Assembly: GCF_009914755.1 (NCBI RefSeq)
Contig: NC_060933.1
DNA: 64,000 nt
Reading direction: 5' to 3' (one strand)
From: the human T2T-CHM13v2.0 reference genome, Homo sapiens
Shown: in pieces, positions 1 to 13,574 of the stretch
Layout of the letters: every line of letters begins with the position of its first letter
Numbering within the stretch: the first letter of the stretch is position 1
The notes under the pieces: generated by a model
What the model saw: the letters and a program-made list of their open reading frames with translations, nothing else
What the model was told of the DNA's origin: nothing
Database searches by the model: none
Program-made: the position numbers and the translations under genes

Positions 1-80
1 TGAGTTTGAATTCTGGCTTTACTAATTCTCAGCTGTGCCATTTTGGCCAAAGATTTCCTTCTGAAGCTTCAGAATTTTAT
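1..80 (+). mobile_element. MIR fragment
   Basis: gagtttgaattctggc...agctgtgccattttggccaa resembles the MIR core; diverged. Confidence 0.5.
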
Positions 81-349
81 GATCCAGAGTGCCCCCTGTC
101 TGACATTTTAGCTCATCATCACAGTTCTTGGTTCCTAAGCCCCTCATATTGTACTCTTTCGAACTAATACATGAGAATAATATTTTTACACTGCTAGAAA
201 AATGGATGATACAATGGATGATAAATGTTTTTGCCCAGAGATTATCTAACCACGTCATAATAAGATCTTAGAATATTATTTAGTACCCATGACTCTATAC
301 AGTAAATGAATATAATTATTACTACATTTCTAGAATCCAATAAAAGGTG

Positions 350-590
350 ACATTATATGAGTGCTTTACATGCCAGGCACAATGCTAAAGTAACACCCTT
401 CTATTATCTGAGTCCCATGATAATGTCATAAATTAGTAACTCTTCCGATGCTCGTTAGGAATATAGGGAGACTCAGCCTTAGAAAGGACACACAATTTAC
501 AGATGCCCACTGGCTCTTTTAGTAAATGTCTGAGTTGGGATTTTATCTGATACCAAGGCAACCACTAAATCCATGCCCTTAACCAGGAAG
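350..590 (-). mobile_element. MIR, diverged
   Basis: gagtgctttacatgccaggcacaatgctaa at the left and tccatgcccttaacca at the right match antisense MIR ends. Confidence 0.55.
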
Positions 591-919
591 CCTCAAGCAC
601 TCAAGCCCTTACCCGATGTTCACCATAACAGTGTTGGGCTTCCTGGGCTGGGTGTGGATACAGCCCTTCCTCCAATATCTACAGTCTCAGCTTCTGGAAC
701 TTTTTACCTTGGCTGGTGTTACTCATTCTATTCTTCAGGTATCTTAATTTCTTTGTTTTCATATATTTATCTTTATCTTTATGTGTTTCATTCTGAGTAA
801 TTTCCACAAATTTATCTTCTACTATACCATTTTTTTCTCTTTGGTTTTATCCATGTCTTAATTCATATTTCTAAAATTCTAATTGCTATAATCAGTATTT
901 CTAGAATTCCTGTAATTTA

Positions 920-1520
920 AAAACACTGGCACATCTCTATTGGCAAACACAAGCTTAAAAATAAAATAGAACATAGGCTGCCATTAACAATATAAACAAA
1001 TGCTATTAAATATCTAGTTATTAGTCAAATAAAGAATATTTAAAGACTTTATGAAGCAAATTGTAAAACTCAATTTAAGGATATTAAAGATCAATAGGTG
1101 AAGAAATATGTCAACTGACAGAATTATTTAATATTGTTACCATCTCAATTGTCCCCAGAGTATTCCCCTTGCTCTATGGGCTTGTTTCTATAATAGGTAA
1201 AATGCATTCTAAATCCAAGCAGATGAGTTACAATAAATTTTTGAAACATTGCAGTTGTTATCTGAGGACTGATCTTATGTTGTTTATGTGTGCGGTATAC
1301 ACCGACTAATAATTTGGGGGAAAATGACACGATAGAGGTACAAGAAAGCATAGAAACAAGAAAGACTTTCTAGCAAGGTCTTTGTGACACAAATTATTTG
1401 CCAGGATAATAGTGAACTTTGCAGTTGGAACTTAATAATGGCAGGAGAGGAAGTACAATTAACAGGTTTAAGTAAAAAATGTACACACCAGTATGTTTCT
1501 TTTTTGCACAAGCTCACAAT
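920..1520 (+). mobile_element. Ancient L1M ORF2 fragment
   Basis: A-rich, with decayed L1 ORF2-like words (attaaagatcaataggtgaagaaata, ttaatattgtta, atgcattctaaa); boundaries approximate. Confidence 0.5.
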
Positions 1521-2293
1521 GAAAAGATACAACTGTAATAAATTATTTTCCTCTGAGGATACTACTCATGGATCATTATGCATTCATTCATTTCTTCATT
1601 CATTCATTGTATTAGTCAGCCCCCGTTTTAAGGTTTAGGTACATCATCGAGAATCAACATTCTAGTCTGGCACACTGGCATGTGAAGACAGCCATTTATT
1701 TTGGTTTAAAAAGTGTCTTACGAGGTGTGTGGTGTTCAAGAGGAAGGAGGCATAAACATAGTTTGGGTATCTGTCTGTCAGCCCTATCTGACAACCAAGA
1801 GGCCCTCCCCTACATGGAGCTGGCATCAACTGTTTTGTGAGTTCCCTTTAACTGTTCTTTCTTCTCTGATTATTCTATGAATCTCGCAAGCTATGGGTAG
1901 TATTGCATAACAATTATAACAGAACCGTCCATCCTTCCGATTTTATTCACTGGATGCTAACTTTACACATATATTTAAAATCCTTTTGTACTAAAATGTT
2001 ACTGGTCTGGCTTCTAAATAGTTGCTGTGATAAGGATGTGTCAACTAATAACACAAACTATATTTTTTCTACTTGTATATTTCATGATATGTTTGGTTTT
2101 TAAGGTGGCTTTCTTGTTTTTGGTTTGTGATGTATCTAAAACCACCTGGCCATTGGTAATGAGACCTGGATATTTTATTTGAGAAATGGCTCAAAAATAT
2201 GACAGGAAGAACACAATGCTGACAAACTAATTGACGAAACAAAGAAAACTCATTGGTATCACACAGGATAAATACACTGGGAAAAGAGATTAA

Positions 2294-2296
<3 letters not shown>

Positions 2297-2330
<34 letters not shown>

Positions 2331-2375
2331 ATGAGAAGGGGGGGAGAGTGGGGAGAGAGAGAGAAAGAAAGAGAT
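2297..2375. repeat. (GT)n microsatellite followed by GA-rich tract
   Basis: Directly visible. Confidence 0.95.
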
Positions 2376-2581
2376 TTGGAATTCAGTAATTAACTTGCTA
2401 TAATATTTGAGTTATAATTACTTTTGATAAAAATTTTCTTTTTGCATGGTCAAAGATGAAGCTTTGTGAGATTTTAAACTTGCAGTTCAAGCTGAAAATT
2501 GACACTGATAGTTGCTAATTTTCCAGGAACAGTGACCTTCACATCTGTACTCTGTAGCTAAATCAGGGAACTGTTACAGGG

Positions 2582-2626
2582 AAAATTACAAATGTTTAGA
2601 AGGAATTGATGGTTATTGTTTCACCA
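2582..2626 (+). repeat. Left arm of perfect 45-bp inverted repeat (partner 3610-3654)
   Basis: aaaattacaaatgtttagaaggaattgatggttattgtttcacca is the exact reverse complement of 3610-3654. Confidence 0.97.
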
Positions 2627-2849
2627 TATATAAACATATAAACAATACATGATTAGAGCCAGATCATAGATAGAGTCACTGCTGCATCCTAAAATGATAA
2701 AACCATGAACAATCTATTATTTTTGGAAGAATGGAGTTAGAGATATTTAGATCAGCAATTCAGTGCTCAAATTTACATTCTCAGTTTTTTGCTCAAAATT
2801 AACACTCTTATTCTTAATACAAGATATATGCAGTCATCATAAATATGAT

Positions 2850-3080
2850 CCTTGATTCAGTAAATAATAAGGGACTACTGTGTATAAGAACTGTTCTAGA
2901 TGTGCTTTTGAATAGAAAAGGTTAAGATCATTGTTCTGGTGGAAACTACATTACAGCAGGTGGAGCAGACCATAAACACTAAATATAATACAAAAGTAAA
3001 TTATGTAGTACACTAGATGGTGAGAAGTCTATGAAAAACAAATAAGGCTAAAGAGGATTTAAAGTCTTTGGGGTGAGCAT
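2850..3080 (-). mobile_element. L2 3' fragment
   Basis: attcagtaaata...actgttctagatg resembles the antisense L2 3' end. Confidence 0.5.
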
Positions 3081-3609
3081 GTAGAGAATAAATCATTATA
3101 GACTCTTGGGTCACCATATATCTGTGAATTCTATATTTTCTACCACTACATACATAAAAGTAGTTTTAACTGAAGATTGGCAGATTTGTGTGTATGCATA
3201 TGTGAATATTTTTGTAGGCAGATGATCTACTGGTTTCATCAGACTCTTGATGGAATCATGTTCTAAAATTAAAATGATTGAAAATTCCAATATTTTTTCA
3301 TAAAAGCAGACAACATTGTTCACTTCATTCCTATTACCTTTGCTTTTCAATAATTGTGAAAACCAGACTTTTTGAAGAAAACTATGTTATCATTAAACAT
3401 GTTAATATTTACTTTCAGTCTGAAAAAATGTACATGATAAAATGCATGATACAAATGATGTAGGCATTTTAGGCCTTTTCAATTTGAAATGAAAATGAAC
3501 TTGGAAATATTTAATATAATAACAACTACAGATCCCTCTAATATATTTAATTTATATTTTTAAAGCAATGGGCATTTAAAACAACATTTTCTACAATGTG
3601 TTAAGTACG

Positions 3610-3654
3610 TGGTGAAACAATAACCATCAATTCCTTCTAAACATTTGTAATTTT
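3610..3654 (-). repeat. Right arm of perfect 45-bp inverted repeat
   Basis: tggtgaaacaataaccatcaattccttctaaacatttgtaatttt. Confidence 0.97.
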
Positions 3655-4632
3655 ATTCCATGTAAGATTATATAACTTCAGTTATTTATATCTAAAAGAA
3701 TAAGAGTAATTCCTGTCTCAAAAGATTGTTACAGGAGTTAAATGAGGTAGTACCTGAGTACCCTCATCGCTCATTATATTCCTTTTTATTTTTAAATAAT
3801 ACGTACCTATCTTTTTTTCATTATTACAAAAAATAGATATACAAGCATTCTTTTGTTGTGATGGAGTCCTATTTCACATGTTGTTTCTCTAGTGTTACTC
3901 TATCTTATTCCCCTCTGGATAAAAGATCTTGAAATGTTCTTTCATGGAGATGAAACTGCTTTCCTCCTGGTCTTCTTCTTTATAATGAGGCCTACGATGC
4001 CAGTCATAACTGGTTTATTATCTATTCCCTCAAGCTATGTCTATGTGAATGATTCAGCAACCACATATTATAAAATTCTAAATAATTTGAATAAGAAACA
4101 ACTTATGATCCTGGATAAAATTATTTTTTTAAGATAAGCAAATTGGCTGCTATATTTTGAAAGATTAGGTTGTGTTACAAAATACACTAGTAAAAGAGTA
4201 AGAAAAAAAAAGACTAGTTCCCTTAAAAAGAATTCTTGATTGAAATTAATCTGTGAACGTAATGATTAGGATAAAATGCTGCTAATATATGGCTAGAAGG
4301 AAATTAGAATGGGCAATGCATAAGTGAGATAAATTGCATAGATAGGGTTCTTCTGAAAGGGTAAACATTAAGACTGAACATATGTGGTCAGTTGCTGTCG
4401 GAATAGCTTTATGTTGTCCATACTAGACAGGAATGGGGCAATAGTATGAGCTCCTACACCCCTTGCATAGGCATGAGTCAGACACATGGTCAAAAAAAGT
4501 ATAACAGACTAAACAAATTCAATAGCTGTGAGATGTTTAAGTACCAGCTTTGAGAATCAGCTATGGTACCCTAATTTCAATGTAATTAGAAATAGCAAAT
4601 AAAGGTTATATAAGCCATATTAGGCTATAAAC

Positions 4633-4967
4633 CAGAGGTCCCCAACCCTAAGGACACAGACTTGAACCAGTCCTTGGCCTGTCAGGAACCAGGCGGCATA
4701 CCCGGAAGTGAGCAGCAGGCAAGCAAGCATTACCACCTGAGCTCCACCTCCTGTGCCATCAGCAGTGACATTAAAGTCTGTATAGGAGCTCAAACCCTAT
4801 TGTGAACAGTGCATGTGTGAGGGATCTGAGTTTGGAGCTCCTTATGAGAATCTAATGCCTGATGATTTGAGGTGGAATAGTTTCATCCAGAAACTATCCC
4901 CACCATGTGTGGAAAAGTTGCCTTCCATGAATCAAGTCCCTGGTGGCCAAAAGTTTGGGGATCACTG
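4633..4967 (+). mobile_element. MER1B (hAT-Charlie non-autonomous DNA transposon)
   Basis: TIRs cagaggtccccaacc / tttggggatcactg; internal ccttatgagaatctaatgcctgatgat; 8-bp TSD ctataaac/ctataaag. Confidence 0.9.
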
Positions 4968-5024
4968 CTATAAAGTATATAGAAATCCTAGAACTTTTAG
5001 TAAGAGTAAAAATCTGTGAAATAC

Positions 5025-5112
5025 ATTTTTTTTTAACTTTTATTTTAGTTTCAGGGGTACAGGTGCAGGTTTTTTACAGAGGTCAACTGTGTGTCACTTT
5101 TGGTGTACAGAT
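5025..5112 (-). mobile_element. Short L1 3'-end fragment (old L1P)
   Basis: T-tract then aacttttattttagtttcaggggtacaggtgcaggtt. Confidence 0.7.
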
Positions 5113-8100
5113 AATTTCTTTAACATAAATTTCAACTGACACAAAGCAAGAAATACAACACATTAGAATTTTTTTTAAATTTTATTTTTGCTGTGAAATA
5201 TACTACTTTTAACTAAAAATTTTGTGGCATTAGTTTGATTCATATAATTTTGCTTTTATTACTAAAATTTCTTTTTTTTCTGGGAAAAATAACAGCTAAG
5301 TTTTGGAGAGTTGATCCCTAGTTTTTCAGATATTAGAACATAAGCCACTGATTAAACTGTCTAAATGCATCTGGGCAATTCAATACTATTTCATTGAAAA
5401 CACATCCTGTAGAAATGCAGAATTAATCTGTTCACACATTTAAATGTATTTCTTTTAATTCATTAAAATATGACAGGCACAACCTTGAAAATAAAATTTT
5501 ATTTATCAAAGTCAATTAATATTCAACTTAAGCAAGGGTATAAGCATATTTTGTGAGGGAAATATTTGGCCTTTGTAATCTAAATGATTTATACATAAAA
5601 TAAGAGAGATCAGTGGAATTTTAGTTCTGATTATAACAAATTATTTGTATGTTTTAGAATGTATGCTTTCTGTTAAATAAAGGTGTTCTAACTTTTAGTG
5701 TAAGAAATCATATAAACTCTTTTTGGAAAACTTTAAATATTCATTTTGTTCTACAAAGTGTTCTTTGAACTTGAAATTTTGCTGTGGTCCAGTCCAAAAC
5801 TACCATTACTACTACATTTTATTTTGTCAAAAATATTGAGTTTTACATAGCTCGTTATGATTACATTTTTAAACCATATCTATATGTATGGGTGGCAAAT
5901 TTAAAAGGGTATTTGTTTGACAAAGTCAAACATCATCCATTTCTATGGCTAAAAGTTTACATTTTTGTTCTTAAATCACATGTTTTGCCATTCTTCAGTG
6001 TACTACCATAGGAACATAGCCTAGAATATCAAAAAAAGAAAACTATTATTAAAGAACAAAAAAAAAAGAGAGGTATATTATGACCACTTTCTTAAAAACT
6101 TTACAATATTATTTTAACAGGAGGTGGTCCCTGATATTATTTGTGTAAAATCTAATGGGCCAGAGCTTATTCTCAACTGTGGAATATATGCTCATAAACT
6201 CAGATTGTTGCCTTTTTATTTCTTTTTAATCTATTTGAATGGAACTTACAAAGCATCTATTTTCATCTAGCAAAACATTTCCCTTCCCATTTACCCAGTA
6301 GATTCACATAACGTATACACTGGAACATTACCATTATTCCCTGGGTCTACATGGCAATTCTGCATTAGACAATATTCAATAATACAATACTTTTCACAGT
6401 GAAATAAAGTAAAATTTAGAAAACGATTCAGTGTACCTAATATGTATAAAGCACTCTGCTATGATTGAAACATGTTTAGTATATGTGGTCCACTTTTAAA
6501 ATTTCCTCAGATATGTGCAGTCCCTGACCTATAGTGTCTATGTCATTGGAAGCTATGAACTCCTTAAATGAAGAAATAAGTAGGGAAAAGTCATGCAAAG
6601 AAGTGGAACACCTGCTTCTACGTATATTGTCACTATATCTTTAATAAATTTTTGGTTTCTTTATATGTTTGCATGTGTTATAAAAAACATGGTTCCCCAC
6701 AACAAAAGTTTTCTAGACTATATGGTTTGCTAATGATTTAGACTTTAACTTGTAGGCAATGAGGAGCCACTGTAGATGTATCATTATGCAAATTATATAA
6801 CAAAATTTGTGTTTTAGGTCATCAATATAGAGGATGAACTAGAAGTTGAGACTGGAGTCAGGGAGAACAATTAGGAAGTGAGGCCAATAATACAAGGGCA
6901 ACAACTAGATTTGAAACTCCTTTAAAATTTTCAGTTGTTACAAATGCTTGTTATTATTATTGAGATTAATGCTTCTGGTAATTAAACTTTCTTGGATTAG
7001 TTGTAAGAATGAGTTGCATTACACGAATTTCCAACGATAACGGAACTTGTCATAATGAGGCTCTTTTATGTTATAAGTAAAGGCCAAAGTGCAAAACTAA
7101 GCTGCTGCTTGACTATTTTGCACTACAATGGTTCGGCTGTCATTTAAATAACTCATGCTAAAAAGGAATCTGTTATTATATTAACATCTCTTGATACTAC
7201 ACAAAATGCTCCAAAACTGTTCCACAGTTTCTTTTAAGAGTGGCCTTGAAGACTAGAATGAATTTTCCTAGATGTAACCTAATTTAAATGGCATATAAAT
7301 CTCCAATTTGCTATTTGCTTGTAGATAACCATAAGCACTTTAATAAGAAAATGTAGGTGTCATTACACTCGGTCAAACTTACTATTAAATGCCTAACAGA
7401 CTTAGACAATTTTACATCCTTTATCGATGGAGATGTCATTAACAACAGACCCTGGAGCTATTTCCTGAATTTCACTCTAAAATCAAAGCATATTATCATT
7501 TTCTGGTTCTATCTCATTATAATTAGCTTGGTCTTAAAACAACAGCAATTTCTTTAAAACATAGTGTGTGTTAGAATAAAATCTGGTGTTTTTTTGTTAA
7601 CTATAATTAGCTTTCAGGTATTTACTCTCTTTATCCCCGTCCATCTCTATACTCTTTCCATTATTAAATTGTGTCACATGGCTTGTATGGCGATCTCCCA
7701 ATATTTGGGAAGTTATATTACAATATCTGGCAATCTTGGCAGAAAGCTGTGCTCTATATGTTAAATTAAGGAGTCTTTAATCATATAAATTCTGTGGAAA
7801 AGCAGCCTTAATATTCCTGAATTTTAGCCTGTAGAAAGGACAGACCCTTTATTATGTATTTATACTACCAACCACCAGGGGGTAATAGAATACTCTAAAA
7901 ACAAGGTCGACTAACTTCAAGAAAACAACAGAAGTTCTTACTAAATGGGTAGATAGAGGTGGACAAATACATTTCTTAGCACCTAAGACAATAAATGATC
8001 ATCAAGCACACACAGATTGTGTCTGACTATCCTCCAAGCACAGCCTGCAAGCTATACTTTCGAGAATAGGTTCGCCTAACAATTAAGGCAGACAGGGCTA

Positions 8101-8130
8101 TCTGGAAAGCTAATTTTGGTGCAGTATCTG

Positions 8131-8144
8131 ATTACTCAGCACTG

Positions 8145-8185
<41 letters not shown>

Positions 8186-8263
8186 TGTTTCTGCCATGTC
8201 ACCGACCAGCATAATTCAGAGGAATTCACCCTTAAATGGAAACTCCCCAACACAAAGCACGTG
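8131..8263. promoter_or_regulatory. Candidate enhancer motif cluster (ARE-like, NF-kB, E-box) around an A37 tract
   Basis: attactcagca 8131-8141, A37 8147-8183, GGAAACTCCC 8238-8247, CACGTG 8258-8263; motif match only. Confidence 0.3.
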
Positions 8264-8519
8264 GCCTGTAACACTCTTTATATTTAGGTTTACACAGACT
8301 GAATGCAATGAGTTATTTATTTATGCACATCAAAGCCCTCTGAGGGTGAGGATTAGAAGAGTAGCAACATAATTTTGATGACTTAGAGCATAAGTTGAAA
8401 GAATCACAAGTAGTAACCCAATCACACTGGAGTCTATGGGGATTACTGGCCATTTCTGTTTTTACTAATGGGTCTTTTATCCAAATAATAAACGCTTTTT
8501 AGAGAAAAATCATAACAGT

Positions 8520-8700
8520 TTAAATGTTTTAGTTCATACTATGCACTGGACACTATATGCTCCACGAATCTAACAAATTAATTCTCACAACAAGCTGAAG
8601 AAAGAGAAATTATTAATACCTGTGTTCTACAAATAAGGAAACTAGCTGAAAACCAAATAGCTATGGTGAGGTGGGATTTGATTATTTGAGTCTAACCACT
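8520..8700 (-). mobile_element. MIR
   Basis: aattctcacaacaa...ttctacaaataaggaaact matches the antisense MIR core. Confidence 0.55.
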
Positions 8701-8841
8701 TTCTTTAAGAAACCAAAAGATGCAAAGTTTATATGTCTTCTTTATCCATCCTCAGTCTATCCAGAAATATCAGGAACAATGTGAATTTGAAACGCCTGAG
8801 AGGAGAAGGTTTAACCTCAGAGCATCCTGCAAACCCTTATC

Positions 8842-8904
8842 ATTCCTGACATTGTGCTTTCAAGAGTCAGTTACCACTATTGTTATTGCTGATGTTATTA
8901 TAAT
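8842..8904 (+). repeat. 63-bp direct duplicate (partner 9379-9441)
   Basis: 58/63 identical, ungapped. Confidence 0.92.
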
Positions 8905-9119
8905 ACAAAGAATAGACTGTTAGTAAAAAAAAAAAAAAAATTCATTGGCAGACGTTTTGAGGGATGTATCTCCTGATAGATTCCGAAGGCTTGCCCCAAA
9001 AGAGCTTCAAGGGTAACCAAGAAAAAGCTGTCAGGTGGGTAGTGACTGACAAAAAAAAAATTTAGAAAACGCACTTGAGCTGTCCTCAGTCAAATACACC
9101 CAGCAGATCCTGCATTCGG

Positions 9120-9441
9120 ATAAAGGGCAGCTTGGCAGTGAGGAAACAGTCTGGATTTGGGAGAGCAATCGATGGGTTAAATTCTGATTAGAATCAGACT
9201 CCACTGCTTACTAGGCAAAACATCTAATCATGAAACTCAAAGAGGTTAAGATCACTGGCTCCAAAATCAGTTCAGCTGCTTTGTTTTCTATATTTGAAAA
9301 ATAGAGGTAATAGTAGTAGCTACCTCATTGATTGACATAAGAATTAAGTGAATCACCTCATATGAGGTACACAATATAATTCCTGACATGGTGCTTTCAA
9401 GAGTCAGTTACTACTACTGTTATTGCTGTTATTATTATAAT
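9120..9441 (+). mobile_element. MIR fragments; 3' tail is the partner of 8842-8904
   Basis: aaaatagaggtaatagtagtagctacctcat...aattaagtga is MIR core/3' part. Confidence 0.6.
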
Positions 9442-10628
9442 TGCATTACATTAGTATCATTTTTGATGTACTAAAGTAATATATACAATTTTAAAGCCTC
9501 TGGTGCATGGTTATTTAACCTTATTGATACATCGTCTTTGTTAAACCTTTTAATACTGTACTAAAAGTTTTTAAATCTAGGCTGTCCAGTAAGGGAAAAT
9601 TTCTATTCTTAAAAAGCTGAGTGACTCCTCAGGTAAAACATTATTTCTCTAAATACTTTTCTCCCGCATAAAGTAACCAATGGTCCTTTATGCCAGGGGC
9701 ATATTTTCCAGAAGACTAATTGGCCCCACCTCTAACCAACTATTTAGTGAATAGAAGGTAGACATGTAGAAGAACAAAATGTCATCCTTGAGGTTGTGGA
9801 GATGATCAAACACTGCTTCATTCTGGCATAGAATCCTTACAATTTATGTTTTTTGTCTCTGCACCTACTCAGAATTTCTACCCAGTCCTCAAGTGACAGC
9901 TGTGGCACACAAGCTAAAGGCACTTAACTTGCTTCATGATTTCTTGACCAGCTCTTTATTAAGAGTTAGATTTAGCAGGGTTTGCTTGATTCCTTGGTCG
10001 ATTATTCTGTACATTACTTCTAAGAATTACCTTCTTTCCTGACTCATTGCCTTTCATATGCAGTCTCCAACACTTCATTTATTGTTTATTCTTTATTCGG
10101 AGGGAAAAATACTACTTCCCTTTGTTCTGATTCTTTATTTTTCCTGTCTACTTGCAAACTGCTAGAGTATTGTGATTATACCCAATTTCTCAAATTCAAA
10201 ATGTATTATGTATTGAATTTTCTTTAAAAAATGAAATATAGATCTGTGAGTCTATATTGCTTAAGAAGTGAAGAAATTGGACTTACAATTTGTGCACATA
10301 TACTTAATTTTTCTATATTCTCGTAGTGATTATCCCTGACATTTATGAATCTACATTGATTTATTAAGTGAAAATTTTAAAAGCCCAATATTTAAAAACT
10401 CAGCATGTACTTAAAATGATGAACCTAAAATAGAATCATCTGATTGATCATCAATAAACCCGACAACAATTCAGTCTGAGGTTGTTTCTATATACATACC
10501 TAGAAATTTGGAATCTTTCTTTAAACATTTCCCATGCTACCTTAAAAAAACAAAAACAAAACAAAAAAACAGAAGCACAGACAAAAGAAACTTTGGGAAG
10601 AAGAGATGTATATCAAGTAACAATGTGA

Positions 10629-11028
<400 letters not shown>

Positions 11029-13574
11029 TAAAAAACACTGTGAAAATGTACATTTAAAAAGTAGATAACTAATTTATAAAAAAATAAGAACATTTAGGCT
11101 AATACTCCTGATTGGCAAAATTATGTGAAGATGAATATCGGCGGCCCCTTCTACTCATGGCATATATTTACCAAATGCCTGGTGGGTCCCTTCTTTCCAG
11201 CCTTCTCCTCTCATTTATGTTAGTAGTCTGGATTCCGTAGACATTTTGGCTTGGGGGACTACTGACATAGAAATAAAGATGTGCCAAGCTCTGACAATCA
11301 GCTATAAACCAGTAGAAATACGTTAGGAATCTTTCGAAAGGCTTTTATAATGTAGCGTATTTCAACGTAATAAGAGCCACGATGAAAATGAGGATAATTA
11401 CCCACTCAGTCCTTGAACAACTACAACATTATGCAGCCATTAAACATATTTTCAAAAAAATGCCGTATGAAAATATAAACAAGATTTAGTTAAATAACAA
11501 AATTAGATCACACAGTTGTAGGTAAATTAGTATTGAGTTATATTATAAAGAGAATTAAGACTACATTTGCACTAGCAAAGCAATAATATCAACGGATTGA
11601 TAATCACTTAGAAATGTGCTAAATCATGCTAGGGTAACCAATTCTAGGAGCAAGGATTCATATTTACACATTAATTGCAATTAATTATATTTTCATTGAA
11701 TTTTTTTAGGACAAATTAGTGAGACCAGTATGCTACCTTGGAATAGATGGGGGAAAGTGAAATATTATTTTACAAATATTGTCTAAACTTTAAGGTCTAC
11801 AGGGGATGTTTGAAAACTTGAGAAGGATGAAAGATGACAATTATCTGAGATTTATGAAGACAGTATTGGTTAAGCAGCATTTTAACTAGTATAATTATTG
11901 TTCTGATTACCTTTTTTTAATCATAAAAGTAATTCATTCTCATTGTAGGTGATTGGAGGATAGACAAAGGTAAAAATAAGAAAACAAAAATCATCTGTAA
12001 TTTTATCAACAATATTTATTAGTAAAAGTTTTGAACTTTCGTTTCCAGTTTTATTTCTGCTAAAACAACCCACATGAAGACCAGGGGCTACCATTTCACT
12101 GACCAGTATGTCCAAGCACCTAGAACAGTGATTGGCAAAAACAAGCAATTAGGCACTCAACACATTGATTGAATATGTAATTTCAAAATTAGTCTTCTAT
12201 TGTACCCTTAATTTTGTGTGTAATTCTCTCTTTTAACATCATATTGTAAACATCGTCCTCTATCATTTAATGTACAAATACAATACCTTTTAATATGGCT
12301 ACATGATGTACCATAATTCCTTCTGTTGAATATTTAGGTTGTCTTCAAATTATCACTGTCATCAAAATGCTTCAGTGAACATCTCTGCACATAAAGCCAG
12401 TAGCATCTGATTATTTAATGATGACATATAAATAACAGAATTGGAAAATCTAGATCAAAATACGCAAATGATTTAATATGTTTTTGCTATATGCCATACA
12501 CATATCTCCACCAGCAGTGAATGAAGAGCATTGATGCTGACCATTATAAATTTTTTTTCAAATTTTGCAAGAAAAATAAATAGTATATAATTGTTTTGAT
12601 TCGTAATTATTTAATTACTGATAGTGCTGAATATTTTTGTATATGTCAATAACATCATCTTTAATTGGAAATACTGTTATTCTAAAAATTTAACATAGAA
12701 TCTGATGTATAAAACATTTGGATGTATCTAATCTGTATATGACTATAAACATAGTCATATATATTTTCATGCTAAATAATGTTATTCATATTATATTGGT
12801 CATCCATAGTTTCAGAACACACACACACACCCACGTGTGTATCCATTGTACAATCATTGACATATGTATGTATATATATTTATATATAGTCTGATGACAC
12901 ATGTATATTTATTGACTGATGTAGAAGTATTTAACAGTAAAAATATTAGTGTTGATATGGTTAAAGTATGGAATATTAATTCCTGGTTTATGTTACACAT
13001 AAAAATGTAATTATGTTTCAAATAATAAAGCTATGCTCATTCTCTCTCTCATACGCACTTTGAACTGGCATGAACAAAATCTCCTGTAGTAATTTCATAT
13101 ACATAAGACTTGACAGACACTTTATATACTTTCACAAGAATTTAAATATATCAGATATTTTTTAGTGTAAAATTAGAAAAAATAATTTAACATGACTATC
13201 AATATATTTTAAATTTTCAGCTTTGAGAGACATAATTTATCTGCTATTTTGATAAATTTTATCTATATATAATGAAAATATATGTAAATGAATATAGAAA
13301 ATTGTGTAATAAAATTGAGTACATATTTACATTAAGTTCCTTTTTTCTTTTTTTATTTGTGGAAAGATGTTTCATTATACCTATCTGTAGGGGGAATAAA
13401 AAAAACAGTACTGAAGCTTCTGAAATGAAGTTAGAAAGGTGGTCTTGACTGAGTTCTCAGATGCGAATAGTACAGCTTGTGAGTATGCTTACTGTTCACA
13501 GAAGCCCTCTGCCCTGCCACCCCACGACACAAATCTGGTTGCTGCTGGGCATATTTCAAATTCAGAATCATGTA

